This document shows, one piece after another, positions 8,026 through 17,304 of a stretch of DNA of 64,000 nucleotides (the first letter of the stretch is position 1; each line of letters starts with the position of its first letter). The notes below the pieces were generated by a model that saw nothing but the letters and a program-made list of their open reading frames with translations, was not told the origin of the DNA and did no database searches. Source of the DNA: Vitreimonas sp. GTDB taxonomy: Bacteria; Patescibacteriota; Microgenomatia; UBA1400; PJMF01. The DNA is taken from positions 842,331 through 906,330 of the forward strand of contig DASPLQ010000012.1 in NCBI GenBank assembly GCA_035627515.1, in the 5' to 3' direction. The position numbers were made by a program, and so were the translations under genes.

Positions 8026-8547
8026 ATGGCACGAAAACTTGCTAAAAAAAATTCGACTAAAGTTCAGAAGGTAGTGAAAAAAGCTCGCCCTGAAGTTCAG
8101 ACCGGCGTGGCCAAAAACAATCGCGCTGCCGAAGTTAACTTCATCGCTCCTACCGGTGAGTATACTGAAGGAGTAGGTCGTCGCAAAACCGCTACTGCTC
8201 GTGTGCGCTTGTATCACCAAGCTGGTGATTTCATCGTCAATGGTAAAGCTGCCGGTCAATACTTTGCGACTGTGCCTAACTCACAAACCTTATTTAACCA
8301 ACCTTTTGTAATTACTAATACTAAAAACCAATTCACCGTCTCAGTCAAGGTAAGTGGTTCAGGTCCACACGCTCAGTTAGAAGCCATGATTCATGGTATT
8401 TCACGAGCTCTTAATAAATTTGATCCACAGTTGCACGATGCACTCAAAAAAGCTGGTTACTTAACTCGCGATGACCGCATGAAAGAAACCCGCAAAATTG
8501 GTTCCGGTGGTAAAGCTCGCCGCAAACGCCAATCACCCAAACGGTAA
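8026..8547 (+). CDS. rpsI: 30S ribosomal protein S9 with a ~45-aa basic N-terminal extension
   Basis: GVGRRKTATARVRLY...GGKARRKRQSPKR matches the S9 core and C-terminus. 173 aa versus the usual ~130. Confidence 0.9.
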   Translation: MARKLAKKNSTKVQKVVKKARPEVQTGVAKNNRAAEVNFIAPTGEYTEGVGRRKTATARVRLYHQAGDFIVNGKAAGQYFATVPNSQTLFNQPFVITNTKNQFTVSVKVSGSGPHAQLEAMIHGISRALNKFDPQLHDALKKAGYLTRDDRMKETRKIGSGGKARRKRQSPKR

Positions 8548-8568
8548 ACTTTGTGATACAGTAACTAA

Positions 8569-10659
8569 ATGTTGCCTGTGGCCGTGTTTCCTTTGGTATC
8601 TCTAGACTTTTTAATCAGCACCTTCTTATTTGTGGTGGGGTGGGGTAGCTTGGTAGCTTTGAGTTGGTTGTGTCTGCAGTATTTATTTCCTGAGTTATCG
8701 ACAAAAGATACCAGCTATCGGTGGTTAATTACATCCGTGGTCGCTATTGTCGTCTTTACCGGTAGTGCTTATATCATGGGTTACGCTCAACTAAGGTGGT
8801 TACAGCTGTTGTATATTCCGGCAGGATTGAGAGCGGTGTATAAGTGTTTACTGGCTGTTAAGTGGCGTGAGAACTCAAAGTGGTTTGATTTTCAAAAAGG
8901 GGACTGGTGGAGTTGGGGAATTTCTATAGTGGGAATTCTCTGTCAGCTACTTACCATTAGTACCTCAGGCATTTTATCAAATAAAGGCCTGACTTTTTTT
9001 CGCCTCAATGGCTGGGATGGCATGTTGCACTTAAGTTTTGCTGAGTTTATGAAGGTTGAGTTTCCTCCTCAGCAGCCGGGAGCCGTAGGATTAGCTCTGA
9101 CTAATTATCATTACTGGGCAGATTTATTTGTGGCTGAGTTTAGTCGTTTATTTGCGGTACCAGTGATTCACGTTTATTTTCATTTTATACCTTTTGTCGT
9201 AGCAATTCTGATTGCTATAGCTGTATATCAGTTGGCAAAAGTCTGGGGTGGTTCAGTAGTAGTCAGAAGATGGGCACTCTTCTTTTATTTTTTTGCCGGC
9301 AATGCTACCTATCTGTTTATGTGGCTTTTGCACCAAGGATTCGGGTGGAACTCACCAGCCATTGATCACGGTTTACTGTTGTTTTTAAACATGCCGCAAG
9401 CTTTTGCGAGGTTGGGTTTATTGACAGGTCTGATCTTAATTGCAGAATGGTTGCAAACGAAACAACTTAAGTGGCTGGTATTAAGTTGTATTATTTTAGC
9501 GAGTTTGTTTGGGTATAAAATTTACTTTGGTTTATTTGGAGCAATCGGATTAGGAAGTTTACTTGCAGTCAAATTGACATACAGTTTTGTGACAGAACTT
9601 TATCAGCAGCGCAGTTTGAGGGCGTTTAAAACCTTTTTCGCTCATCACTATCCAGTGGTATTGATTGGGGTGCTTTTCGTGGTCATGTCTCTTGCCATCT
9701 TTTTACCACCTAATCGCCAAAGTGGAGGATTATTTTTAGCACCGCTGGTATGGCCCAAAATTTTATTGGGACAAACTAATTTAGATTGGAATGAGTGGTG
9801 GTTACGGCGACAAGTATATGAAGCTTATAGCAACACCCGTAACCTCATAATTATGGATGGCATTGCCATTGCTGTTTTCATGTTATCTATTTATGCCACC
9901 CGCCTGATTGGTATGTTGCCTACGCTCAATTTAATAAAGCGTGATTATGGTGCTTGGTTACTGTTAGTATGGTGGCCGATGTGGCTCTTCACTTTTTTAG
10001 GTATGAATACTTTGCAATCTTCGGGTGGAGCAAATGTTTTTAATTTTTTTATTGTAGCTTTGGTAGTAGGAGGTATTACTACCGCGTTTTGGATAGAAAA
10101 AGTGCTGCGCTGGCCGATGTGGTTGAGCTGGCCGTTACTGATGATAGTTGTGCTTATCTCTTTACCTCGCCCGCTCCAGGATACGTATTTGTTTATAAAA
10201 AGTGCGGCGGTAGGCGAGGAATCCTTAGTGATTTCACCTGATGAGTTAAAAGCCCTGAGTTTTATTAAAACAGCTACTCCCCGCCAGGCTGTTATTCAGA
10301 CGCATCTTAAGAATCATATTGATGCCGAGACGCCATATGGTTCGTACCTTAGTCAGCGTTATTCGTATGTCAGTGGACGGGGTATATTACGTAGTCACAA
10401 CCAACCCGTCACTGAACGCGAGGCTGTGTTATTAGATTTAAGTATGCCTAGTTTGAAGATGAGTTTAGGAGAACGTTTAGTTCATGCCGGCATTGATTAT
10501 TACATAGTCAGAAAAGACAAAAATAATTTCGAACAACTGTGGTTTCCTTGGCAGTATGCTCTACAAGAAGGAGTAGAGGTGGTTTATCAAAATGAGACGG
10601 TGACAGTAGTTAAACCACGGTTACAGGCGGCTGCTACACGTTTTGTGTGTGGCAATTAA
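8569..10659 (+). CDS. Large polytopic membrane protein (696 aa, >12 predicted TM) with a ~200-aa C-terminal soluble domain; possibly a GT-C-like glycosyltransferase or polymerase
   Basis: Hydrophobicity pattern read from the translation; no unambiguous family motif. Confidence 0.45.
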   Translation: MLPVAVFPLVSLDFLISTFLFVVGWGSLVALSWLCLQYLFPELSTKDTSYRWLITSVVAIVVFTGSAYIMGYAQLRWLQLLYIPAGLRAVYKCLLAVKWRENSKWFDFQKGDWWSWGISIVGILCQLLTISTSGILSNKGLTFFRLNGWDGMLHLSFAEFMKVEFPPQQPGAVGLALTNYHYWADLFVAEFSRLFAVPVIHVYFHFIPFVVAILIAIAVYQLAKVWGGSVVVRRWALFFYFFAGNATYLFMWLLHQGFGWNSPAIDHGLLLFLNMPQAFARLGLLTGLILIAEWLQTKQLKWLVLSCIILASLFGYKIYFGLFGAIGLGSLLAVKLTYSFVTELYQQRSLRAFKTFFAHHYPVVLIGVLFVVMSLAIFLPPNRQSGGLFLAPLVWPKILLGQTNLDWNEWWLRRQVYEAYSNTRNLIIMDGIAIAVFMLSIYATRLIGMLPTLNLIKRDYGAWLLLVWWPMWLFTFLGMNTLQSSGGANVFNFFIVALVVGGITTAFWIEKVLRWPMWLSWPLLMIVVLISLPRPLQDTYLFIKSAAVGEESLVISPDELKALSFIKTATPRQAVIQTHLKNHIDAETPYGSYLSQRYSYVSGRGILRSHNQPVTEREAVLLDLSMPSLKMSLGERLVHAGIDYYIVRKDKNNFEQLWFPWQYALQEGVEVVYQNETVTVVKPRLQAAATRFVCGN

Positions 10660-11453
10660 CTACTCGCACTACTGTATCTTTGTAAACCCCAGGCCCAGAT
10701 TTTTAAGGTAATCCAAAAGAACACGACACCAATCCCCAACGTGACAGGAATGCTAAAGCTCAGTGGGCTTCCTAATAGTACTTGGGCTGGGATGGTATAC
10801 ATAAAACCTACTGGCAGAATAAAAAAGAGGGCGGTTCTGAGTGGTTCCACATACATCGTGACCGGAAATTGGCCCAAGCGTGTGATATCACGATAGGTCC
10901 AGATGATGTTGTCTACTTCGGTAGTCACAATTCCCACCACTAATACTAAGATATGCAACCCGGTGGCAATTAACAAGCTATTGATGATGACCACTAGGTA
11001 CAACAGCACCGAACTAACGGTGATGCTGAGTGGTAACTGTGCTATTAACCATATGCTTAGCACTGTAGAAGGGACCAGAAAAAAAACATCGTTAATATCT
11101 GGTTCTCCAGTTAGAGACCTAAAAAGGGCACTTATTGGTCTGGCTAAATAAAAATCAAACTCACCTGATTTGATCAGTCGTCCAAAGTTATAGACACCGC
11201 GATACAAAACTTGAGCTACTATATCAATAAATTGATACGTTAGAAAAAAGACAATCACTTGATCTGTGGTATAACCCGCGATTGTGATGTTTCTTTCTTT
11301 TAATAAATACAAAAACAGCAAGGACATCCCTAACCGCAAGACTTTGCCTAAGATAAATAAGACGTTTGTCCAGCGATTAACAAAGGCACGTTGGAGCGCG
11401 TTGCTGGCAGTGATAAACCATACCTGATAGTAGGTCTGCAAATGTTTTAACAT
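10656..11453 (-). CDS. ABC-2-type transporter permease (pair A, second member)
   Basis: 265 aa, 6 TM-like segments. C-terminal RYSSASS motif shared with 13329..14141. Paralogous to five neighbouring permeases. Confidence 0.6.
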   Translation of the reverse strand: MLKHLQTYYQVWFITASNALQRAFVNRWTNVLFILGKVLRLGMSLLFLYLLKERNITIAGYTTDQVIVFFLTYQFIDIVAQVLYRGVYNFGRLIKSGEFDFYLARPISALFRSLTGEPDINDVFFLVPSTVLSIWLIAQLPLSITVSSVLLYLVVIINSLLIATGLHILVLVVGIVTTEVDNIIWTYRDITRLGQFPVTMYVEPLRTALFFILPVGFMYTIPAQVLLGSPLSFSIPVTLGIGVVFFWITLKIWAWGLQRYSSASS

Positions 11454-11456
11454 CTC

Positions 11457-12257
11457 TTATTGTCCGGTAGCTTCATAACCACTGAGGCCTTTTTTCCAAG
11501 CTCGGTGGGCTAACCACCAGCTTAATACTGTCCAAAAAGCTAATCCAAATGAATAAAGGTAGATTTGACCCAGATCTAAACGTTGTAAAAATAACTGAAT
11601 TTGCACATATGAAAAGTAAGGAAAAGGGGTCAATAAAATGAGTTGCTGGATGGCAGTAGGAAAGATATCCAGAGGATACAGTTTGCCAGCGGTGAAATCA
11701 AGAAACATAAAAAATAAAAATTTTGGCCCCCAGCTATCTGGCGTCCAAAACCCTAAGGTCCCAAATAAGATGGTGATGTAAAAGTGAATTAGAATTCCAG
11801 CTAGAACCCACAGAGAAAATAATAAAATGATACCAAGACTAGGAATGAGTAAGCTGGGTTTAAAAATTAACCATAAAATACCTATTTCGAGGCAGCTAAA
11901 AACCGCATTTTTGAGTTTGTCTGCAGCTTCCACAGCGCCAAAAGATAAAAACAATTTTTCTGGTTTTAAAAAATGGTGGGTAATACCTCCTGAGTAAATT
12001 TCGCCTGCTAAGCCATGTAGGCTACTCGCCAAAATTAGGCTTTGCAGTAGAGAAATCAATAATACATATCCTGCCATTTCTGATTGAGTATAGCCAAAGG
12101 CAGAAGCTTGCGAATTGAAAATCACGTTCCAGACAGTTAGGGCCATGACTGTAGAAAGAAACTGTCGGAAGCGCCAAATAAATAAGCTCGTACGGTAAAC
12201 GAAACTATTTTGCCACGCTAACTTAAAAATGTACCAATACTTAATCATGAGAACCAT
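11457..12257 (-). CDS. ABC-2-type transporter permease (pair A, first member)
   Basis: Multi-TM; C-terminus GYEATGQ resembles the HSYESTGI end of 14122..14904. I take the start at the internal Met (MVLMIKYWYIF), which avoids overlap with the upstream ATPase. Confidence 0.55.
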   Translation of the reverse strand: MVLMIKYWYIFKLAWQNSFVYRTSLFIWRFRQFLSTVMALTVWNVIFNSQASAFGYTQSEMAGYVLLISLLQSLILASSLHGLAGEIYSGGITHHFLKPEKLFLSFGAVEAADKLKNAVFSCLEIGILWLIFKPSLLIPSLGIILLFSLWVLAGILIHFYITILFGTLGFWTPDSWGPKFLFFMFLDFTAGKLYPLDIFPTAIQQLILLTPFPYFSYVQIQLFLQRLDLGQIYLYSFGLAFWTVLSWWLAHRAWKKGLSGYEATGQ

Positions 12258-12270
12258 GTCTATATGCCAG

Positions 12271-13281
12271 TTATTTTTTAGTGGCTTTGACTTTACCAGC
12301 TTGGGTTTGGAAGACTTCACGGATGATGGCTTCAATCGGTGGCTCCTCGATGTTAACATCCTGAACTGGTAAAGTACTTAAAATTTTACCTGCAACTTGA
12401 GCAGCTTTAGTTCGTGGTACTAACAAAGTCACCTTAGGGTGATCAAAGTCTTTCAACTCTCCGTATTTTTTGAGTTCTTTTTCACTAACTTTACCTGAGA
12501 GGACTAATGACAAAATTTTATTACGAGCGTACTTATCAATAATATCTTGCAAAGCACCATCAAAGATTTTGTGACCATGGTCAATAATAATGGCGCGCTC
12601 ACAGAGCTCTTTGACATCTTCCATGTAGTGACTGGTAAGGATAATGGTTGATTTGAACTCTTTATTGTATTCTTTAATGAAGTCACGCAACACTTTTTGC
12701 ATCACCACATCTAAACCAATGGTAGGTTCATCTAAGAACAAGACTTTGGGGTTGTGCAGTAGAGCAGCAATCAGCTCACACTTCATACGTTGACCAAGTG
12801 ACAACTTCCGGACTTGGACTTTCAGAATATCTTGCACTTCTAATAACTCCACAAGTTTATTGAGTGTTTTGTTATATTGGGCATCGGGAATTTCATAGAT
12901 GGCTTTGTTGAGAAGGAATGTTTCCAAGGCCGGCAAGTCCCACCAAAGCTGGTTTTTTTGGCCCATCACTAAGGCGAACTGTTTCTGAAATTCAGGTTTG
13001 CGGTCCCAAGGGTTATAACCCAAGACACTGACCTGCCCATGAGTGGGATATAACAACCCAGACAAGACTTTTAAAGTGGTGGTTTTTCCCGCCCCATTTT
13101 GGCCAATGAAACCCACGATCTCACCTTGTTCAATACTAAATGAAACGTCATCAACAGCTTTGACTTCTTCATACTCTCGGTGCCAAAGTGATTTGATTGA
13201 ACCCCATAAACCTGGTTCTTTTTTATAGACTTTGAAGTATTTACTGAGATTTTGTACTGAGATAACCGGGGCACTGGACAT
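12271..13281 (-). CDS. ABC transporter ATP-binding protein with an extra C-terminal domain
   Basis: Walker A GQNGAGKTTTLKVL, signature LSLGQRMKCELIAAL, Walker B VLFLDEPTIGLD. 336 aa. Confidence 0.9.
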   Translation of the reverse strand: MSSAPVISVQNLSKYFKVYKKEPGLWGSIKSLWHREYEEVKAVDDVSFSIEQGEIVGFIGQNGAGKTTTLKVLSGLLYPTHGQVSVLGYNPWDRKPEFQKQFALVMGQKNQLWWDLPALETFLLNKAIYEIPDAQYNKTLNKLVELLEVQDILKVQVRKLSLGQRMKCELIAALLHNPKVLFLDEPTIGLDVVMQKVLRDFIKEYNKEFKSTIILTSHYMEDVKELCERAIIIDHGHKIFDGALQDIIDKYARNKILSLVLSGKVSEKELKKYGELKDFDHPKVTLLVPRTKAAQVAGKILSTLPVQDVNIEEPPIEAIIREVFQTQAGKVKATKK

Positions 13282-13328
13282 AGAATCCTATTATAACTAA
13301 CTTTACTATCTATAGACACCCAATTTGA

Positions 13329-14141
13329 TCATGAACTAGCGGAAGAGTAAGATCTGAGACCGATTGACCACATGTATTTACAGATCAAGGTTAAGACACA
13401 GGCAAATCCGCCACTGAGCAGAATTAATCCATAGCTAGGAGTATTCAATAATACTTGAACGGGAATAAACACTAAGTAAGCTGCTGGCATGACAGTGTAA
13501 AGAATAGCACGAATGCCCCAAGGATAAATTTTGGGTGGGTAATAACACTGATCGTTAACTGACTGCAAGGTGCGAATGATTTGACTGCCTTTGGTGATAA
13601 AAAAAGCTAACGAAGCATAAATTGCAAATGTCATAAAGAAAATATAAATGCCCACTATATACAACCCGCCATAAATTAAAAGGCCAATCCATGTCCAACT
13701 CTCAGCCAGTAAAAATAATTCATAACCCATAAATAGAACCATAAACACTAAATACAAAAATGATTCTAAGCGTGGATAACTGAAAGCAATCATAAAAAGA
13801 GGATTAAGGGGTTTAGTGAGGACTTTATCAAATTCTCCGGTCGCAATACTTCTGATCATGAAGACTTTAAACCCATCAAAAAAAAGAGCTTCCATTAATG
13901 ACCAGGCACTCATCGAAGTAGCATACATTAAATAAATTTGGTTCTTGGAGTAACCTCCTACAGTTTGAGTTTTGCTGAAAACTGTTTCTAACAGTAAAAA
14001 TACCCCAGCAATGAACACAAAAGCATAGAGAAACCGGATGACCACATCCCATCGGTACTCTAATAACAGCTTCACTGTTAACTGCCATAACTGAAGATAA
14101 ACGCGCCAGTAATAAAGGAGTCTAGATGCCAGTACTTTCAT
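13329..14141 (-). CDS. ABC-2-type transporter permease (pair B, second member)
   Basis: 270 aa multi-TM, ends LRSYSSASS. Confidence 0.55.
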   Translation of the reverse strand: MKVLASRLLYYWRVYLQLWQLTVKLLLEYRWDVVIRFLYAFVFIAGVFLLLETVFSKTQTVGGYSKNQIYLMYATSMSAWSLMEALFFDGFKVFMIRSIATGEFDKVLTKPLNPLFMIAFSYPRLESFLYLVFMVLFMGYELFLLAESWTWIGLLIYGGLYIVGIYIFFMTFAIYASLAFFITKGSQIIRTLQSVNDQCYYPPKIYPWGIRAILYTVMPAAYLVFIPVQVLLNTPSYGLILLSGGFACVLTLICKYMWSIGLRSYSSASS

Positions 14142-14904
14142 ATGAATGGGTTGCTAATCGCCAAATAATTACGCGAAAAATAGTAAAGACAAGCATCCAC
14201 GTTATTAGTATTCCTAATCCCCTCAGACCATCAGGAAATGACAGCTGATTTTTAATAATTTGAATAGGCGTGAATGCATAGTGTGAGAAAGGTAACCACC
14301 ACAGTATTTTTTGAAAAAAATCTGGGAAAAAAAGTGCGGGTATAAAGATACCTGATAAGTATCTGCCGATAAATAAAACACTCATCCGAATTGATTCAAC
14401 TTGGGTGAGCCAAAAGCCTAAAGTACTCAGGCCAAAATAAATTGAAAAGGTGGTGTAAAAAATAAGTGGCAGATAAATAAGGAATAAACTTAGTGAAAGC
14501 CAACTCACTTGAAAAGTGTAGCCCAAAAACCACAGTAGGGGTATCAGAACTAAGGATTTAATTGTGATATCAAAAAGCGCAGTAGCTGCTTCATGAAAAA
14601 AGTAGTACCAGAAAGGTGAGATTGGTTTCAGTAGAAACTTAGAAATGTGTCCTAGCCGAATGTCTTCTTCCACATAATCCAAATGGTAATTTGACAGCCC
14701 ATAGACAATGGCAGAAAATAAATAATAGATTACTAGTTCATTCGCAGTAGTATTTAATTGTGTGGTTTCTTTACTAACTGCTATCCACAACATCATTACA
14801 AAAGTTACCATGATCACGTAACGAAAGAGTCGTAAGATATTGTCCACGCGATATTCAAGAATATCGAGCAATGATAGTCGAAATACTAGCCAATATTTAC
14901 TCAT
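14122..14904 (-). CDS. ABC-2-type transporter permease (pair B, first member)
   Basis: 260 aa multi-TM, ends HSYESTGI. Confidence 0.55.
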   Translation of the reverse strand: MSKYWLVFRLSLLDILEYRVDNILRLFRYVIMVTFVMMLWIAVSKETTQLNTTANELVIYYLFSAIVYGLSNYHLDYVEEDIRLGHISKFLLKPISPFWYYFFHEAATALFDITIKSLVLIPLLWFLGYTFQVSWLSLSLFLIYLPLIFYTTFSIYFGLSTLGFWLTQVESIRMSVLFIGRYLSGIFIPALFFPDFFQKILWWLPFSHYAFTPIQIIKNQLSFPDGLRGLGILITWMLVFTIFRVIIWRLATHSYESTGI

Positions 14905-14923
14905 GTTGTTATTCTAACACTGC

Positions 14924-15769
14924 CTAATTAGCCACACCGCTATATTTGCGGACTGATATGGAAAAAAACCAGCGACTAAACAAGGTGACCCCAATCGTAA
15001 AAATAAATAAGTGTCCTAGCCAAAGTAGGCTGGGTCTACCTAATAGTAACTCAGCGGGCACTGAACTAATCAAACCCAGCGGTAATATCAAGGTTAATAA
15101 CGTGGATGTGGCGCCACTATAAACGCTGCGAGGGAGTTGCCAAAGCCGACGGAAAGCCGGAAAAACTTCATTGATATTATCAAGTTTATCCACCCAAAAA
15201 GCACAAGTACTACAACAAAACCACGAGATATACACTAGATAACCAGCTAAACACAAAGCTATTACAAACCAACCTAAGCTCGCTATGGTGAGGTGGTAAG
15301 GTAATTCTTGGGCACCCCACCCGATAATGAGAAAGCCCAAAATAAAACGAAAGATATTACTATAACTATTATTTTTAATCATCAGCATCACTTGGGTATC
15401 AACGGGTTTAGTCAGCCAAGTATTAAGTGTGCCATCGAAGATCGAGCGTGTGTACTCGGTCATGTTGTGATAGAAAAACGACCATGTAAAGGCATCAATA
15501 ATATTAAATACTCCTAGTAAGACTTTCATTTCACCGCGGCTCCACCCTGCAATGTGGCCCGTAGTTCCCGTCACTAAATCAAAGAAAAAAACATTAAAAA
15601 TAGTCCACATCGCTGAAATACCGCCCCAGAATAAAAAATTGGCTCGGTACTCGAACATGCGCTGTAAATGCATTCGTCTCAGTAACCAAAATAAATGCCA
15701 GTATTTGTAGATCCCATTCATATTTTCTATCCTCCCGATGAGGCGTAATGTCTGACGGCAAATTTCCAA
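14924..15769 (-). CDS. ABC-2-type transporter permease (pair C, second member); the true start may be the internal Met at ~15721
   Basis: Multi-TM, ends VRKYSGVAN. Confidence 0.5.
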   Translation of the reverse strand: MEICRQTLRLIGRIENMNGIYKYWHLFWLLRRMHLQRMFEYRANFLFWGGISAMWTIFNVFFFDLVTGTTGHIAGWSRGEMKVLLGVFNIIDAFTWSFFYHNMTEYTRSIFDGTLNTWLTKPVDTQVMLMIKNNSYSNIFRFILGFLIIGWGAQELPYHLTIASLGWFVIALCLAGYLVYISWFCCSTCAFWVDKLDNINEVFPAFRRLWQLPRSVYSGATSTLLTLILPLGLISSVPAELLLGRPSLLWLGHLFIFTIGVTLFSRWFFSISVRKYSGVAN

Positions 15770-16536
15770 ATGATGGCAATTAATCCCATCAGGCCAAATA
15801 AGAAGCCTGCCATCACTACTAAGTCACCCCACTCTAACACCGCTGAGGATTGCACAATGCTAATTGGGACGGCATACATATACTTGAGTGGCAGTGCCCT
15901 CGTCAGCATCGCTAGCCAGTTGGGCATAAAAGCGATGGGGATCATTGAACCACTAAATAAGGTGATCACAATCCATTTGAAGTGTTCTAAGCCCTCCGCA
16001 CCTTCAAACCAAAAACCCAGTAGCACAATCAAGGTTCCGATCATGAATTCTGTTAAATATGCGTAGAAAAGTAAGCCAATAAATACCAGCGCTTGGTTGA
16101 CACTGAGCGCTGGAATCGAAAACTCAAAAATGGTGGTGATTGCCATCACTAACAGTAGATAAAAGGGCAGCCACATCAGAAAATATAATGATTTACCACC
16201 CACATCGTGCAAAAACATTTCTTTGACAAAGCCGAGTGGTTTGATTAAAAAAAAGTCGATTTTACCTTCACGAATTTGTTGGACGCGCCAACTTTCAAAA
16301 TGGACCCCACATAATGAGTTGATAACTAAACCGATGAAGTAATACTGAAGGACTTGATCTAGAGTTAAACCTTTGACGGTAGTATGTGTGGCATAAATGC
16401 TGCTCCACACCACCATTAAAATGATCACTGGCACTGCATCCAGCACTAGCCACAAACTAATTTCTGACCGATAGGTGAGACTTTTGATAAAAGAACGTTT
16501 GGCAATTTCCCAGTACTTAACCAACATACTGGTCAT
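15727..16536 (-). CDS. ABC-2-type transporter permease (pair C, first member)
   Basis: 269 aa multi-TM, ends VRHYASSGG. Confidence 0.55.
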   Translation of the reverse strand: MTSMLVKYWEIAKRSFIKSLTYRSEISLWLVLDAVPVIILMVVWSSIYATHTTVKGLTLDQVLQYYFIGLVINSLCGVHFESWRVQQIREGKIDFFLIKPLGFVKEMFLHDVGGKSLYFLMWLPFYLLLVMAITTIFEFSIPALSVNQALVFIGLLFYAYLTEFMIGTLIVLLGFWFEGAEGLEHFKWIVITLFSGSMIPIAFMPNWLAMLTRALPLKYMYAVPISIVQSSAVLEWGDLVVMAGFLFGLMGLIAIIWKFAVRHYASSGG

Positions 16537-16572
16537 TGTAACATCGAGAGAGTAAACAGCTGGAACTTAAAC

Positions 16573-16848
16573 TTACCAGACTGCTTTTTTAAGTGGTTTC
16601 CCCACGCGGAAATTAACTACGCGGTGACCTTTAATCGTTTGACGTTTCTCTTCTTTGCCAAAGGGGACAACTTGTTTGTCTTTCACTTTCCCCAGGTAAA
16701 AAGTGCCGAAACCAGATACCACCACTTTGTCACCTTTTTTTAAGGCACGGATAATTTCTTCAAACATTGACTCCACTGCCTCTTCAGAAGCGCGTTTAGT
16801 CAAATGGGCTTTTTTAGAAACGATTGCGATTAATTGTGATTTTGTCAT
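16573..16848 (-). CDS. hup: DNA-binding protein HU
   Basis: MTKSQLIAIVSKKAHLTKRASEEAVESMFEEI...VSGFGTF...RNFRVGK is the HU/IHF fold signature, including the arm region. Confidence 0.9.
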   Translation of the reverse strand: MTKSQLIAIVSKKAHLTKRASEEAVESMFEEIIRALKKGDKVVVSGFGTFYLGKVKDKQVVPFGKEEKRQTIKGHRVVNFRVGKPLKKAVW

Positions 16849-16917
16849 AAGACCTTTCTATTATTTTTTCATTCCATCAAAACTTACTCACTACCAAGCA
16901 CACAACAGACACAAGCA

Positions 16918-17304
16918 TTAAATAAATTTATAAACGCGGAGCAGTACTATCAAAGCGCCTAATAAGTCGTACCCTATATCTCTAAAAGTAGCGGATCTCC
17001 CGGCTACCCAAGATTGGTGCCACTCATCACTGGCCGCGTAGAGTAACGTCAGCAGCACGGGTAAGCTCCAGTGTAATTTCTCATATTTGGGGCCAGTAGT
17101 CAAGCTAATTCCGCGGTGTAATAAAAAATACAACACACCATACACAAACATATGGGCTACTTTCTTCAAGATGAAGTCAAGTTCAGAGGCTTCCACTGAT
17201 GGCAATGCGTGTTGTGAAGAAAACAAAAAAATCACTCCCGCCCAGAGGAATGGTGGCAAAAAGGCATTAGCCCAGGTGAAAAGTGGGGTGGTTGACCATC
17301 GCAT
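16918..17304 (-). CDS. VanZ-like family membrane protein
   Basis: 4 TM segments and the conserved ASDEWHQ motif. The ORF track extends to 17358; I take the internal Met start. Confidence 0.65.
   Translation of the reverse strand: MRWSTTPLFTWANAFLPPFLWAGVIFLFSSQHALPSVEASELDFILKKVAHMFVYGVLYFLLHRGISLTTGPKYEKLHWSLPVLLTLLYAASDEWHQSWVAGRSATFRDIGYDLLGALIVLLRVYKFI

Noticed and set aside
12504-12686. Short ORFs inside the ABC ATPase gene (12504..12686 minus; 13043..13228 plus; 13071..13319 minus)
   Set aside because: Alternative-frame or antisense ORFs within a gene that has clear Walker A/B and signature motifs.
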